Positions 30,755 to 40,798 of a stretch of DNA of 64,000 nt are shown in pieces. The notes under the pieces were generated by a model. That model was not told where the DNA came from and searched no databases. It saw nothing but the letters and a program-made list of their open reading frames with translations. Position 1 is the first letter of the stretch. Each line of letters opens with the position of its first letter. This stretch comes from an uncultured bacterium. GTDB lineage: Bacteria > Krumholzibacteriota > Krumholzibacteriia > LZORAL124-64-63. The stretch is from contig CAVSZB010000007.1 of the NCBI GenBank assembly GCA_963732385.1, positions 1,088,001 through 1,152,000 on the forward strand, written 5' to 3'. A program made the translations under genes and the position numbers.

Positions 30755-32455
30755 CTAGACCTCCTGCTCGAGGAAGTAGTTGAAGTCCTCCGCCTCCTCC
30801 GCGTGGAGCAGTTCGTAGGCGTGAGCGGCGGTCTTGGCGGTATAGAGTTGCTGCTGGATCTCCCGGTTGCCTCCAATGGCCCGGGCGAAGGCGGCCAGGA
30901 TCTCCAGATGGAGCGCGCGGTCGCCGGGCGGCGTCGCCAGAACGACGATGCAGTGGATCGGCTTCCCGTCGGGCGTGGGGAACGGCAGCCCCTTGCGGCT
31001 GATTCCCATCGCCCCGGCGACCGCCTCCCCCTCCTCGAGGAGGCCGTGCGGCATCGCCAGCCCCTCCCCCATGCAGGTGCACACCTCCCGCTCCCGCTCG
31101 ATGAACGACCGGAGGAGCCGCTGACGGTCGCCCTTGAGCCCGTTCGATACGATCAACAGATCGGTCAGCCGGGCGATCGCCTCCTCCATGGTCGCGGCCG
31201 AAAGGTCGGTCACGATGTTGTCCTCGCGGAGGAAGTCGATCAGACGCGGGCGGTCCCGGCCCATCTCCCCGCTGCGCGTCAGCGCGTGCCGCGTGAGGAT
31301 CGGCCCGACGATCTCGTTCATGGTCACGACAGTGATCCCCACGGCCAGGAACAGCCCGCGCACCGTGACGAAGGCCGGGTCGTCCTGCAGGACGATGATC
31401 AGTCCGATGGCCAGCCCCGCCTGCGGCACGAGCGCCAGACCGAGATGGCGCCGCACGCTCCGGGTCGCGCCGGCCAGCTGCATGGCAAGCCGCGCCGCGG
31501 TGATCTTGCCCAGCATACGGGCCAGGAAGACGAGGAGCGCCAGCAGCGCCGCCGAGGCGGCGAAGCCGAGATCCAGCTCCATGCCGGCGAGGGTGAAGAA
31601 CACGGTCAGGATCGCGTTCTCGAAGTTGGCGAAGACCCGGTGACCGATCTCCTCACGGTCGGGCGTGATGTTGGCCAGCGCCACGCCGAGGAACAGGCAG
31701 CAGAGGAGCGCCGGCAGCCCGAGCAGGTCGGCCAGCCCGGCGGTGATGAAGATGGCAAGGATGGAGGCGCTGGTCAGGTGGTCGGGCCGGACGATCCGCC
31801 AGGTCGCGGCGACGAGCAGCGCGCCCGCCCCGCCGCCGATCGCGGCGGAGAGGGCGACCTGGCGCAGCGGCCCCAGGAGGATGGCCAGGCCGGCGACCCC
31901 CGCCCCCGGATGGAGCAGCGCCCGCCCCGCCCCGCGCGCCAGTTCGAAGGCGACGATGCAGGCGATGTTGTTCAGGGCCACGGCGGCGATCAGGGTCTTC
32001 GTGAAGACCCCCTTGGCGCGCCCCTCGTTCACCAGCGCCACAATCGTGGCCGGCGCCGTGGCGATCGAGATCGACGCCAGAAGCAACGCCAGAGGCAACG
32101 GCACGCCCGGCACCAGCAGCAGGGCGCCCAGGACCAGCGCCGGGATCACGGTCGCTTCCAGCAGTACGAGCAGAAGGAGCCGCTTCCCGGCGTTGCGCAA
32201 CCGGCGGACGTTCAGGTGATTGCCAACGGTCACGGCGATCAGGCCGAGCGCGAAATGGGTCACCGGCCGGAGCGCTTCGACACTGCCCACGTCCAGCAGA
32301 TGGAGCACGGAGGGCCCGAGCAGGACTCCGATCAGGATCTGGCCCGTGATCCCCGGCAGTCGCGCCCGCCGGGCCAGCGCGCCGCCGACCAGACCCGCGA
32401 TCAAAACCAGCGCGAGCGTCAGCAGGGGGGTTGCGTTCTCTGGCCGCAGCGTCAT
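30755..32455 (-). CDS. Cation:proton antiporter (CPA2-like) fused to a PTS EIIA (Fru/Ntr-type) domain
   Basis: LPGITGQILIGVLLGPS, ATAPATI, PQAGLAIGL and NEIVGP motifs. C-terminal ERE...GEGLAMPHG...FPTPDGKPIH. Confidence 0.85.
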   Translation of the reverse strand: MTLRPENATPLLTLALVLIAGLVGGALARRARLPGITGQILIGVLLGPSVLHLLDVGSVEALRPVTHFALGLIAVTVGNHLNVRRLRNAGKRLLLLVLLEATVIPALVLGALLLVPGVPLPLALLLASISIATAPATIVALVNEGRAKGVFTKTLIAAVALNNIACIVAFELARGAGRALLHPGAGVAGLAILLGPLRQVALSAAIGGGAGALLVAATWRIVRPDHLTSASILAIFITAGLADLLGLPALLCCLFLGVALANITPDREEIGHRVFANFENAILTVFFTLAGMELDLGFAASAALLALLVFLARMLGKITAARLAMQLAGATRSVRRHLGLALVPQAGLAIGLIIVLQDDPAFVTVRGLFLAVGITVVTMNEIVGPILTRHALTRSGEMGRDRPRLIDFLREDNIVTDLSAATMEEAIARLTDLLIVSNGLKGDRQRLLRSFIEREREVCTCMGEGLAMPHGLLEEGEAVAGAMGISRKGLPFPTPDGKPIHCIVVLATPPGDRALHLEILAAFARAIGGNREIQQQLYTAKTAAHAYELLHAEEAEDFNYFLEQEV

Positions 32456-32699
32456 CAGCGATTCCTCTCCCTGCTCCGCGGGCTCGCCGCCCCGCCTCCG
32501 GGCGATTCAGCGGATTATCGTTTGTATCCAAACTGATTCGGATTGAGCCCGGTGCCGGCAGCGCTTACCATTGTCCTGCGCTGAGCAGACAACTACGATG
32601 AAAAGGCGCGCGGCGTCCAGAGCCTTTCGGCTCCGCGACTGCCTGCCCCGCGGACCGCCGACAGTCGACGGCCCAACCCCGGCACAGGAGGATCAGGCG

Positions 32700-33743
32700 A
32701 TGGCGACCTTGATCGAGCACCACTGGATCCCGGCGCTCGCGGTGATTCTCGCCTCGGCCGGCCTGGGCTTCCTGACGCGGGCGGTCGTCGTGCGGCGGCT
32801 CGAAGCGCTGTTCGCCCGGACGGCGACCGACCTGGACGACCTGCTCCTCGCCGCGACACGGCGACATCTCCCTTTCTGGATCATCCTGGTCGGGATCTCC
32901 ATCGCGACCCGCCTCGCTCCGTTGTCCGACAAGTGGACCCGGCTGCTCGACCGGTTCTGCATGGTGGGCCTCGTCACCTCCCTCTCCTTCGCCGCGGCGA
33001 AATTCCTGGTCGCGATCGTCGAGCGACAGACGAAGCAGGCGGGAGCGACCGTCGCCACCACGACTCTGGTGCAGAACGTGCTTCGCGTTTCCATCTTCGC
33101 CCTGGCGGGGCTGCTTGTCCTCACGAACCTGGGGGTTTCCATAACCCCCCTGCTCACCGCCCTGGGGGTCGGCTCCCTGGCGGTGGCGCTCGCGCTCCAG
33201 CCGACCCTCTCGAACCTGTTCGCCGGGCTCCATATCGCTCTGTCCCGCCCGATCCGGCTCGGCGATTTCGTCGGGCTCGAGTCGGGAGCCCAGGGCTTCG
33301 TGATGGACATCGGCTGGCGCGCCACGCGCATCCGGGAGCTGCCGAACAACATCATCGTGGTGCCCAACTCGCGCGTGGCGGAGATGATCATCACGAACTA
33401 CGCCATGCCCGAGACGAACCAGTCGGCCCTCGTCCAGGTCGGGGTGTCCTACGGGTCGGATCTGGCCAAGGTGGAGCGGGTCACCTGCGAAGTGGCGCAA
33501 GAAACGCTGCGCAGCGTGAAGGGGGGGGATCCCACGTTCGATCCCTTCATCCGCTTCCACACCTTCTCCGACTCGTCGATCAACTTCAGCGTGATCCTCC
33601 GGGTGCAGGAGTACCCCGATCGCTATCTGGTGATCCACGAGTTCATCAAGAACCTGAAGGCGCGGTTCGACCGGGAGGGCATCGTGATCCCCTTCCCGCA
33701 GCGCGTGCTCCACGGCAACCCGTCGGGGGAGCGGCCGGACTGA
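32700..33743 (+). CDS. MscS family mechanosensitive channel
   Basis: LGVGSLAVALALQPTLSNLFAG, IRLGDFV, IGWRATRI, IVVPNS and GIVIPFPQR motifs. AGGAGG SD. Confidence 0.9.
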   Translation: MATLIEHHWIPALAVILASAGLGFLTRAVVVRRLEALFARTATDLDDLLLAATRRHLPFWIILVGISIATRLAPLSDKWTRLLDRFCMVGLVTSLSFAAAKFLVAIVERQTKQAGATVATTTLVQNVLRVSIFALAGLLVLTNLGVSITPLLTALGVGSLAVALALQPTLSNLFAGLHIALSRPIRLGDFVGLESGAQGFVMDIGWRATRIRELPNNIIVVPNSRVAEMIITNYAMPETNQSALVQVGVSYGSDLAKVERVTCEVAQETLRSVKGGDPTFDPFIRFHTFSDSSINFSVILRVQEYPDRYLVIHEFIKNLKARFDREGIVIPFPQRVLHGNPSGERPD

Positions 33744-33768
33744 GCCGCGGACGCGGCGTTGCCGCGCC

Positions 33769-35538
<1,770 letters not shown>

Positions 35539-35707
35539 GTTTGCGTGCTGCGTACGAGCGCCCCGCCGGGCGCCGGCGGGGCAGTCTAGTTCTTCTGCGA
35601 GCGGGCGTCCAGCGCCTGGCCCCGGGCACAGCGTAACGCGCGCGCATCCTGTCCAGGTGCATGACGGCGTCGAATGTGGGTCTTGCCGATTGCGCGCAAC
35701 TTTTCGC

Positions 35708-35736
35708 TTGCCCAAACGTAAAGCTTGCTTTACTTT
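35708..35736 (+). promoter_or_regulatory. sigma70-like promoter overlapped by the palindromic operator GTAAAG-N4-CTTTAC
   Basis: TTGCCC (35708)-N17-TACTTT (35731). The palindrome at 35718..35733 lies just upstream of the XRE gene. Confidence 0.65.
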
Positions 35737-35746
35737 CACTCCCGCC

Positions 35747-35959
35747 ATGAAGATCACGATCGTCAACCGGGTCCGGGAGCGACGACTGGCGCGCGGGCTG
35801 ACCCAGGAGGATCTGGGAGCGCTGGCCGGCGTCTCGCGGCAGAGCATCATCGCCATCGAGCGGGGGCGCTACGTGCCGAGTCTCCCGCTGGCGCTGCACC
35901 TGGCGGCGATCTTCGGCTGCGCGACCGACGACCTGTTCCGGCGCGAGGAGGCGACCTGA
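35747..35959 (+). CDS. XRE-family HTH transcriptional regulator
   Basis: NRVRERR...LTQEDLG...VSRQSIIAIERGRYVPSLPLA...DDLF. Confidence 0.9.
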   Translation: MKITIVNRVRERRLARGLTQEDLGALAGVSRQSIIAIERGRYVPSLPLALHLAAIFGCATDDLFRREEAT

Positions 35960-36031
35960 CCATGGACGTCAGAAGCTAGCCACAACACTGGCGCAACCTC
36001 GCGACTCGCAACCTGCAAGAGGAGAACCGTC

Positions 36032-36892
36032 ATGAGAATCCTGCCGCGCCTGCTGCTTCCTGCGCTTCTTTTGGCTCTGTTCGTCTGCGCAACCGCGGTC
36101 TTCGCCGCGGTGAGCGAAGGGACCGTTCCGTCCGCGGACGGCGTGCCGATCCACTACACCGTCAGCGGCGAGGGGCCGGTGGCGCTCGTGTTCATCCACG
36201 GCTGGTCGTGCGACGGCACCTACTGGGATGGCCAGGTGGCGGCGTTCGCGCCGAAGTTCCGCGTCGTGACCATCGACCTGGCCGGGCACGGCAGGTCGGG
36301 TCACGAGCGACAGGACTGGTCGATGCCGGCCTTCGGCCAGGACGTGCGGGCGGTGGTCGAGCAGCTCGCTCTTGCGCGGGTGGTGCTGATCGGGCACTCG
36401 ATGGGGGGCTATGTCGCGGTGGCGGCCGCCACCGCCATGCCGGATCGCGTCGTCGCGGTGATCGGCGTCGACACCATGCAGGATGTCGAACGCGTGATCA
36501 CCCCGGAGATGCTGGCGCCGCTGATCGCCGGGATGAAGGCGGACTTCGTCAGCGTGACCAAGCAGTTCGTCGCCCAGATGTTCCCGGCCGGCGCCGACAG
36601 CGTGCTGGCGGCCCGCACCGCCGCGCGCATGGCGGCCGCGCCGCCCGAAATCGCGATCCCGGTCTTCCAGGCGATCTTCGCCTACGACGTCAAGGCCGGT
36701 TTCGCCGGGTTCAAGGGACCGATCCGCGAGATCAACGCGGACCGCAACCCGACCAACCTCGCCGGCAACCGCAAGTACGCGCCCGATTTCGACGCCGTCA
36801 TCCTGACCGGTGTCGGCCACTTCCCGCAGCTCGAGCGGCCGGCCGAGTTCGACGCCGCCCTGGCGAAGGTCATCGCGGAGGTCGCGAAGTGA
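36032..36892 (+). CDS. Secreted alpha/beta hydrolase
   Basis: Signal peptide. FIHGW, DLAGHGRS, GHSMGG and GHFPQLE motifs. Confidence 0.9.
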   Translation: MRILPRLLLPALLLALFVCATAVFAAVSEGTVPSADGVPIHYTVSGEGPVALVFIHGWSCDGTYWDGQVAAFAPKFRVVTIDLAGHGRSGHERQDWSMPAFGQDVRAVVEQLALARVVLIGHSMGGYVAVAAATAMPDRVVAVIGVDTMQDVERVITPEMLAPLIAGMKADFVSVTKQFVAQMFPAGADSVLAARTAARMAAAPPEIAIPVFQAIFAYDVKAGFAGFKGPIREINADRNPTNLAGNRKYAPDFDAVILTGVGHFPQLERPAEFDAALAKVIAEVAK

Positions 36893-37752
36893 AGATCGCC
36901 GTCATCGGCGCCGGTCTGATGGGCCGCCCCATGGTCGTCCGCCTGCTCGACGCCGGCCACGACGTCACCGCCTGGACCCGGACCGCCGCGCGCCTCGAAC
37001 CGCTCCGGGCGCGCGGCGCGCGGATCGCGTCGTCCGGGCCGGCCGCGCTGGCCGCCGCCGACTGCGCCCTCCTGATGCTGCGCGACGGCCCCGCCACCTT
37101 GCGCACGCTGTTCGATAGCGCCGCCAGGCCCGATTTCGCCGGCCGCACGGTTATCCAGATGGGCACGATCGCCCCCGGCGAAAGCCTCGACCTGCATCGC
37201 CGCGTCACCGTGGCCGGCGGCGATTACCTCGAGGCGCCGGTCCTGGGCAGCATCCCGCAGGTGGAGGCGGGTCAGCTGGCCGTGCTCGTCGGCGGCAGCG
37301 AGGAGCAGTTCGCCCGCTGGGAGCCGCTGCTGAAGGTTTTCAGTCCGCAGCCCCGTCTTGTCGGCCCCGTCGGCCAGGCCGCCCTCGCCAAACTGGCCTT
37401 CAACCAGCTGATGGCCTCGCACGTGGCCGCCTTCTCGCTCACCCTCGGCCTCATCCGCCGCAGCGGCCTCGACATCGACCAGTTCATGGAGATCCTGCGC
37501 GGCACCGTCCTCTACGCCCCCGTCGTCGATCGCAAACTCCCCCAGCTCCGCGCCCGCACCTTCACCGATCCCCACTTCACCACCAGCACTTTGCTCAAGG
37601 ACGTCAACCTGATGCTCGATGCCGCGCGCGCCGCCGGCCTCGACCCCCTCGCGCTCGAAGGCGTCCGCGCCGCCCTCGCCCGCGCCACGGAAACCGGCCA
37701 CGCCCAGGAGGACTATTCATCGGTATACGAGGTGATCGATCCGCGGACGTAG
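36889..37752 (+). CDS. NAD(P)-dependent oxidoreductase, 3-hydroxyisobutyrate dehydrogenase family
   Basis: GTG start overlaps the upstream stop. IAVIGAGLMG, EAPVLGS, AKLAFN and LLKDV motifs. Confidence 0.88.
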   Translation: MKIAVIGAGLMGRPMVVRLLDAGHDVTAWTRTAARLEPLRARGARIASSGPAALAAADCALLMLRDGPATLRTLFDSAARPDFAGRTVIQMGTIAPGESLDLHRRVTVAGGDYLEAPVLGSIPQVEAGQLAVLVGGSEEQFARWEPLLKVFSPQPRLVGPVGQAALAKLAFNQLMASHVAAFSLTLGLIRRSGLDIDQFMEILRGTVLYAPVVDRKLPQLRARTFTDPHFTTSTLLKDVNLMLDAARAAGLDPLALEGVRAALARATETGHAQEDYSSVYEVIDPRT

Positions 37753-37790
37753 CAAGACGCCCGTTCCTGGTTTGCGGCCGCGCGCGGACA

Positions 37791-38882
37791 TCAGCGGGCG
37801 TCGCGCTCAAAGCGCTCGACCTGACCCTTGAGGTAAGGGTTCTGCGGGTCCAGCGCGAGGGCCCGCTTCTCGACATCGACAGCGCGGGCCACCTCGCCCT
37901 TGCGGAAAAGGATCTCGGCGAGCGTATCGAGGATGTCCGCGTTCTTCGGCTCGAGCGAGGTGGCGCGCTCGGCGGCCCGCATCGCGTCGTCGAGGTGCAC
38001 GCCGTGCTCGGCGCACGACCACGCCAGCCCGTTAAGCAGGCCGGCATCACCGTCGCCGCGGCGCAGAACATCCACGAGCGTCTCGTGCACACGCTCGCGT
38101 TCGAGATTCGCGACGTCGGAACGCCCGGCCGCCTCGTACTCATCCGCCATTTCCATGTGCGCGCCGGCGCCGTGGAACCCCTGGTGGATCCGCCACAGCC
38201 GTCTCAGTTCCGCGATCGGCGTGGCATGGTCTTCGACGTGGAGATTCACGAAGCGGTAACGGAACTCCGGGTGGCGGGCACTTGGCCGGACCACGATCAG
38301 CGTCGCCGACTGCTGCCCGCGCTTGTCGCCGCCCGCCGCCTGCGCGGCTTCAAGCCCGGCGATCAAGCGGCCGGCCAGCTCCTCCTTCGAGTCGCGGAAG
38401 GCCTGCGCCATGTTCGCCACCACCTCGGGGCCGGCGAGGATGTTTCCCTGGCACGCGAAACTGGTTCCCACTTCGTCCCCCGCCCAGGTATTGCACCTGG
38501 GCCCGGTCCACGAAACCGCCCGGCCCTGCGAGTCAACCAGCCCGAGCTGGCGCGAGTCCCACGACGAGTCTGCGGCGGCGAACGCGAGAAGGATCCCGGA
38601 CGGGGTCATTCCGCTGCGGAGCATGGCCAGCGCCTGGGGCCCATAGCTCGCGTTCACGTTCGCCTGGGTCGCTATCGCGCCGACGCCGGCTTCAGCCCAC
38701 GGCACCGTACTGCCGACGCTGAAGTACTTGGACTGGACCGCCACACCCAGCTCCTGCGTGACGCTGTCGAAGGCCACGATCGAGAACGTGGAAGGCTGCT
38801 CGATTGCGGCTGCCGGCCGGGCGAGCGCGACAGCAATCATAATAGCGCCTACCCACGCGCATCCGTTGCGAAGAGACCTCAT
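37791..38882 (-). CDS. DUF1028 (Ntn-hydrolase-like) protein with C-terminal TPRs
   Basis: Signal peptide, then TFSIVA, GVAVQS, ATQA, QGNILAG and GGDKRG. TPRs at LNGLAW...ILDTLAEI. Confidence 0.85.
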   Translation of the reverse strand: MRSLRNGCAWVGAIMIAVALARPAAAIEQPSTFSIVAFDSVTQELGVAVQSKYFSVGSTVPWAEAGVGAIATQANVNASYGPQALAMLRSGMTPSGILLAFAAADSSWDSRQLGLVDSQGRAVSWTGPRCNTWAGDEVGTSFACQGNILAGPEVVANMAQAFRDSKEELAGRLIAGLEAAQAAGGDKRGQQSATLIVVRPSARHPEFRYRFVNLHVEDHATPIAELRRLWRIHQGFHGAGAHMEMADEYEAAGRSDVANLERERVHETLVDVLRRGDGDAGLLNGLAWSCAEHGVHLDDAMRAAERATSLEPKNADILDTLAEILFRKGEVARAVDVEKRALALDPQNPYLKGQVERFERDAR

Positions 38883-39394
38883 CGCCGCTCCTTGATGCCG
38901 GGGGCTCCGGCCAGGTAAGTGTGGACCTGATTGTGACATGTGGCCCCCAATGCAGTCAATCCGCCCCTGGAATCCCACCCCCGAACGCGCCGCTTCCAGA
39001 CGACTCAACTCAGTTGGCGGGCTTCGCAAACACCGATTAATCATTGACAGCCACGGACAAGTTTCATACCCACGGAATAGTTGTGGATCCTCGCTGATTT
39101 CTGCGGGCAAAGTCCGATGTGGCGATTCTGCAATACCATCCTCGCCGATTTTCTGCCGAGCCTTTCGCCACTGCTGCGCTGCGGTCTTTGCCATGAAGGT
39201 CGCGGCCTGACATTGAGGCAGGAAGGACCTGGAGATGGATGCGCTCCCGACCAGGCGGTTCGGCGTGGCGTTGGGCCTGGGTAAGCCGTGGTCGAGGACT
39301 CAGGTCGATTTGCCCCCCCCCAAGCCCCTTCCGCCGCTGCCCTTTCGAATTGCGTCGTCCCACACCAAAGAACCCCAAATAATTGGAGTGAATC

Positions 39395-40678
39395 ATGAGC
39401 AGAAGCATTTTCGGCCTCATCTCACTATTAATGATGGCCGCACTGATGATGTGTGGAGGCTGTTCCCAGGATTCTTCAACCGGGCCGGGTGTCGATTCAT
39501 CCGTCTCGAAGACGCTTTCGGAGCCGGGACCAAGAAATGTCTTTATCGCTTACTACGGCGACCGTCCCGATGACCTTCTGGCTACAGCCGGCGTAATGGT
39601 CAAACGTCAGTACAAGTATATTCCGGCGGTCTACGCGACCGTGTCGGATGAAGGTATGGCCAGGCTGAACGGAGATCCCAGGGTCCGTTTCGTGGAGGAA
39701 GAGGGCTACAAATATCCGGCCGAGGATCCGCTCGACTGGGATATCGCCGGCACCAGCACCTATACTTCCAGGAATCACGAGGGCAATAGATTCCCAGATG
39801 AGCAGGTGCTCGACTGGGGAGTGGATCGAATCGACGCCGAGTATGTTCATGCTGTTTCCGGTAATCGCGGCGCCGGCGTAAACGTGGCGGTGCTCGATTC
39901 CGGCGGCGACATCGATCATGAGGATCTTAATTGGGCCGGAGGCATCCGGGTCGAAGAAGGAGCGGATCCTCTCGATTGGAACGACAAGAACGGCCATGGC
40001 ACGCACTGTTCGGGTATCATAAGCGCCAACGATAACGAGATCGGTGTCGTGGGCGTGGCGCCCGATTGCAACCTGTACATGGTTGCCATATTCTCGGCCA
40101 ACTGGATCAACACCGCCAGTATGGTCGCGGGGCTGGAATGGTGCCTGGGCACGCACTATGACGATGATCCCTATAATGACATCCAGATCATGTCGATGAG
40201 CGTCTGCGGTCCGGAGTCGTGGGTCGAGGACATGTATTATCAGGCCTGTTACGATGACGGCATATTGTTGATCGCCGCCGCCGGAAACGACGATGGCGCC
40301 GTGAGCTGGCCTGCAGCTTATCCGTGCGTGATGGCTATTTCCGGCACGACGGCATGGGACGGCAGGTATTATGTATCGAATTTCGGACCCGAAATCGAAC
40401 TGGCCGCTCCCGGTCATCGGATCTATTCGACGTATCCGAAAGACATGTACAAAACCATGAGCGGCACGTCGATGGCCTGCCCGATGGTGGCCGGTACGGC
40501 GGCCTGTATCTGGTCCGACAACCCGACCTGGACCCACGAACAGGTCCGTGAGCATATGAAAAGCACGGCGGAATGGATGCCGAACCTGCTGCCGGAGGAA
40601 CAGGGTTCGGGTCTGGTGGATGTTGAGAACGCCGTGTTGGGCACGACCAACGGCAACAATTATGTAGCGCCCGAGTAA
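39395..40678 (+). CDS. S8 subtilisin-like serine protease, probable lipoprotein
   Basis: Lipobox-like MCGGC. Catalytic triad motifs VAVLDSG, HGTHCSG and SGTSMACP, plus AAAGN. Confidence 0.92.
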   Translation: MSRSIFGLISLLMMAALMMCGGCSQDSSTGPGVDSSVSKTLSEPGPRNVFIAYYGDRPDDLLATAGVMVKRQYKYIPAVYATVSDEGMARLNGDPRVRFVEEEGYKYPAEDPLDWDIAGTSTYTSRNHEGNRFPDEQVLDWGVDRIDAEYVHAVSGNRGAGVNVAVLDSGGDIDHEDLNWAGGIRVEEGADPLDWNDKNGHGTHCSGIISANDNEIGVVGVAPDCNLYMVAIFSANWINTASMVAGLEWCLGTHYDDDPYNDIQIMSMSVCGPESWVEDMYYQACYDDGILLIAAAGNDDGAVSWPAAYPCVMAISGTTAWDGRYYVSNFGPEIELAAPGHRIYSTYPKDMYKTMSGTSMACPMVAGTAACIWSDNPTWTHEQVREHMKSTAEWMPNLLPEEQGSGLVDVENAVLGTTNGNNYVAPE

Positions 40679-40745
40679 GAGAGCCTTGATAACTCGATGC
40701 GTTCTTGGCGGTTCGGTGTTCCGAGGCGCCGAGCCCGAAAAGACA

Positions 40746-40767
40746 GGGGACCGGTTGCCCGGTCCCC
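40746..40767. terminator. Hairpin between convergent genes (possible bidirectional terminator)
   Basis: GGGGACCGG-ttgc-CCGGTCCCC, a perfect 9-bp stem. There is no long U tract. Confidence 0.55.
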
Positions 40768-40798
40768 GTCACTTGGAGATACAGGCCACAAGTCAGGC

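Noticed and set aside
38940..39060. Possible integron attC site or ncRNA in the long intergenic region
   Set aside because: Only short imperfect dyads are present, with no convincing R''/L''/L'/R' arrangement and no integrase.
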